Positions 62,400-64,000 of a stretch of 64,000 nucleotides of DNA are shown one piece after another (the stretch's first letter is position 1; every line of letters starts with the position of its first letter). The stretch is taken from NCBI GenBank assembly GCA_977020255.1, contig CDROCS010000506.1, positions 2,728,001-2,792,000 of the forward strand, read 5' to 3'. The notes under the pieces are model-generated. The model made no database searches, had not been told where the DNA came from, and worked only from the letters and a program-made list of their open reading frames with translations. Position numbers and translations under genes: made by a program. The stretch comes from Obrimoposthia wandeli. Its lineage: Eukaryota.

Positions 62400-63539
62400 T
62401 TATTTTTGTGCCTTAATAATGACAAACTTAGCGTTTGATGCAATAACTTCATGATTATCGAATAAACGATCAAGTTTCACGTGATAGTCAAGATGACGGT
62501 TACCGACAATGTAAAGCGCACCGCGCCAAGCTAATGCTCGGTGTGCATCTTTAAACATTTGCCATGCGATATGGTCAGTAATCGCTTTTTCTTGGTGGAA
62601 TGGAGGGTTACACAATACCAGATCCACACTGTGTGGTTCGTAATCGTATAAGCAGTTGTTCACCAAGAAATCAATCTCAGGTTCATGACCTTTAACATTC
62701 GCTGCAACGTTTTCTTTTGCCGATGCGATAGCCATGAATGACTCATCAACAAAAGTGATTTTAGCTTGTGGGTTTAGTTTTGCCGCCGTAATACCGATAA
62801 TACCGTTACCACAACCTAAGTCGATAATATGCTGATATTCACCTTTTGGTAAATGCTGCATAAAGAAGTTGCCGCCAATATCTAAATTGTTACGTGAGAA
62901 CACATTGGCATGATTAGAGAGTGAAATATTGGTTTTTGCTACATCCCAAGTCACAGGTGCTGGTACTTCTAGTGCTTTAGTTTCTGTGATTGTTGCAAAG
63001 ATTAAACGGGCTTTTTTCTTCGCTAATGATGTCTTCGTTTCACCAAGGTATTTTTCAAACAAGGCTAACGTTGAATTATGAATATCTTTCGCTTTTGCAC
63101 CCGCGATGATAGTCGTGTTTGGCGTAACAACATGACTTAGCATTGCAAGTTGGTGTTCTAATAAAGACAAAGTGCGTGGGATCTTGATTAATACTAAATC
63201 AATATTTTCCGGTAACGCCGCAAGACAGTCTTGGACTTTGACCTGTTCTGTGCTTAACTCATTTTCATCTAGATTTTGCGCGATAGCCGCATGCGTGATC
63301 CATGAATCACTCACGGCAGTGACATTATACTTATTGTAAGCACACGTTAATGCACCAAAACTATCATTGAAGATAAGAACTGAAGATTGTTCAGCAAGCG
63401 TTAAATCTGCAACCGTATTAATAATATACTCATCGGCTGAGTCCCATGCTTGCAGTTGCTCAACGCTACGTTTAGGGTAGCGGTACAAAGATAATTCGGT
63501 ACTTTCAAGAGATAGTTCAGTGTTCATAGTGTGTTCCAT
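62400..63539 (-). CDS. rlmG: 23S rRNA m2G1835 methyltransferase
   Basis: LQAWDSADEY, DLGCGNG, CNPPFHQ, VGNRHL.YH. Confidence 0.93.
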   Translation of the reverse strand: MEHTMNTELSLESTELSLYRYPKRSVEQLQAWDSADEYIINTVADLTLAEQSSVLIFNDSFGALTCAYNKYNVTAVSDSWITHAAIAQNLDENELSTEQVKVQDCLAALPENIDLVLIKIPRTLSLLEHQLAMLSHVVTPNTTIIAGAKAKDIHNSTLALFEKYLGETKTSLAKKKARLIFATITETKALEVPAPVTWDVAKTNISLSNHANVFSRNNLDIGGNFFMQHLPKGEYQHIIDLGCGNGIIGITAAKLNPQAKITFVDESFMAIASAKENVAANVKGHEPEIDFLVNNCLYDYEPHSVDLVLCNPPFHQEKAITDHIAWQMFKDAHRALAWRGALYIVGNRHLDYHVKLDRLFDNHEVIASNAKFVIIKAQK

Positions 63540-63601
63540 TTAAGGTTGATCGTGCATTTTACACTGTTATTTTACTAAATATATAAAGAAGAGGTTTTTA
63601 A

Positions 63602-63913
63602 ATGTCATTAGGTAACGATATTCAACAGCAATTATTGGCTAGTTTTGATATTCAACATTTAGAGGTGGTTTGTGATAGCCACAAACACAATGTGCCACCG
63701 GGTAGTGAAATTCACTTTTCAGTGGTGATCGTTGCTACCGAATTTGATGGTAAAATGTTAATTGCGCGTCATCGTATGGTGAACACTGCGCTGGTGGCTC
63801 AATTTGAAGCGGGGATTCACGCGTTATCAATTCATGCTTACACACCAGAACAGTGGGCTAAAAAAAATGCTCAAGATCAAAAAATACCAGAGTCACCTGA
63901 TTGCTTAGGTTAA
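63602..63913 (+). CDS. bolA: BolA-family protein
   Basis: SHKHNVPPGSE.HF..VIV...F.G..LIARHR.V, IHALSI...TP. Confidence 0.95.
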   Translation: MSLGNDIQQQLLASFDIQHLEVVCDSHKHNVPPGSEIHFSVVIVATEFDGKMLIARHRMVNTALVAQFEAGIHALSIHAYTPEQWAKKNAQDQKIPESPDCLG

Positions 63914-64000
63914 TTAACAGTTGAATTAGAAATATGATTAATTAAATGTTACTGGGTGTGGTCATATGTTAACTGTTTAGAATTTTATTTCAATTAATAA

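Overview
Chromosomal 64-kb segment of an AT-rich marine gammaproteobacterium. Vibrio/Alteromonadales-like synteny suggests Moritella or a relative (inference only). Most of the window is housekeeping: thiBPQ with a TPP riboswitch, leuAB, an acyl-CoA ligase, ilvIH, cysJIH, pepD-gpt-crl-proBA, the lipA-lipB-ybeD-dacA-rlpA-mltB-rodA-mrdA-rlmH-rsfS-nadD-holA-lptE-leuS run, and thiI-panE-yajQ-ampG-ppiA-yajG-rlmG-bolA. I found no tRNA, rRNA, CRISPR array, integrase or transposase. The accessory or unexplained parts are: (1) a DUF4198 gene plus a cluster resembling Pseudomonas FpvJK-FpvCDEF periplasmic ferrisiderophore iron release and uptake at the left edge; (2) a Campylobacter-type SorAB sulfite dehydrogenase flanked by two extra monoheme cytochromes, with a perfect FNR box upstream; (3) a phased array of 7-8 copies of a TRCTSRGTAT motif at 20-21 bp spacing in front of a stand-alone PilZ gene; (4) leuAB without leuCD or an attenuator, next to an unannotated 49-aa ORF; (5) two repeat proteins with 11-mer and 14-mer periodicity; (6) a minimal LigB-like NAD-dependent ligase lacking all C-terminal DNA-binding domains and carrying a signal-peptide-like N-terminus. 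Family assignments come from motif recognition and memory of the families, not from database searches.
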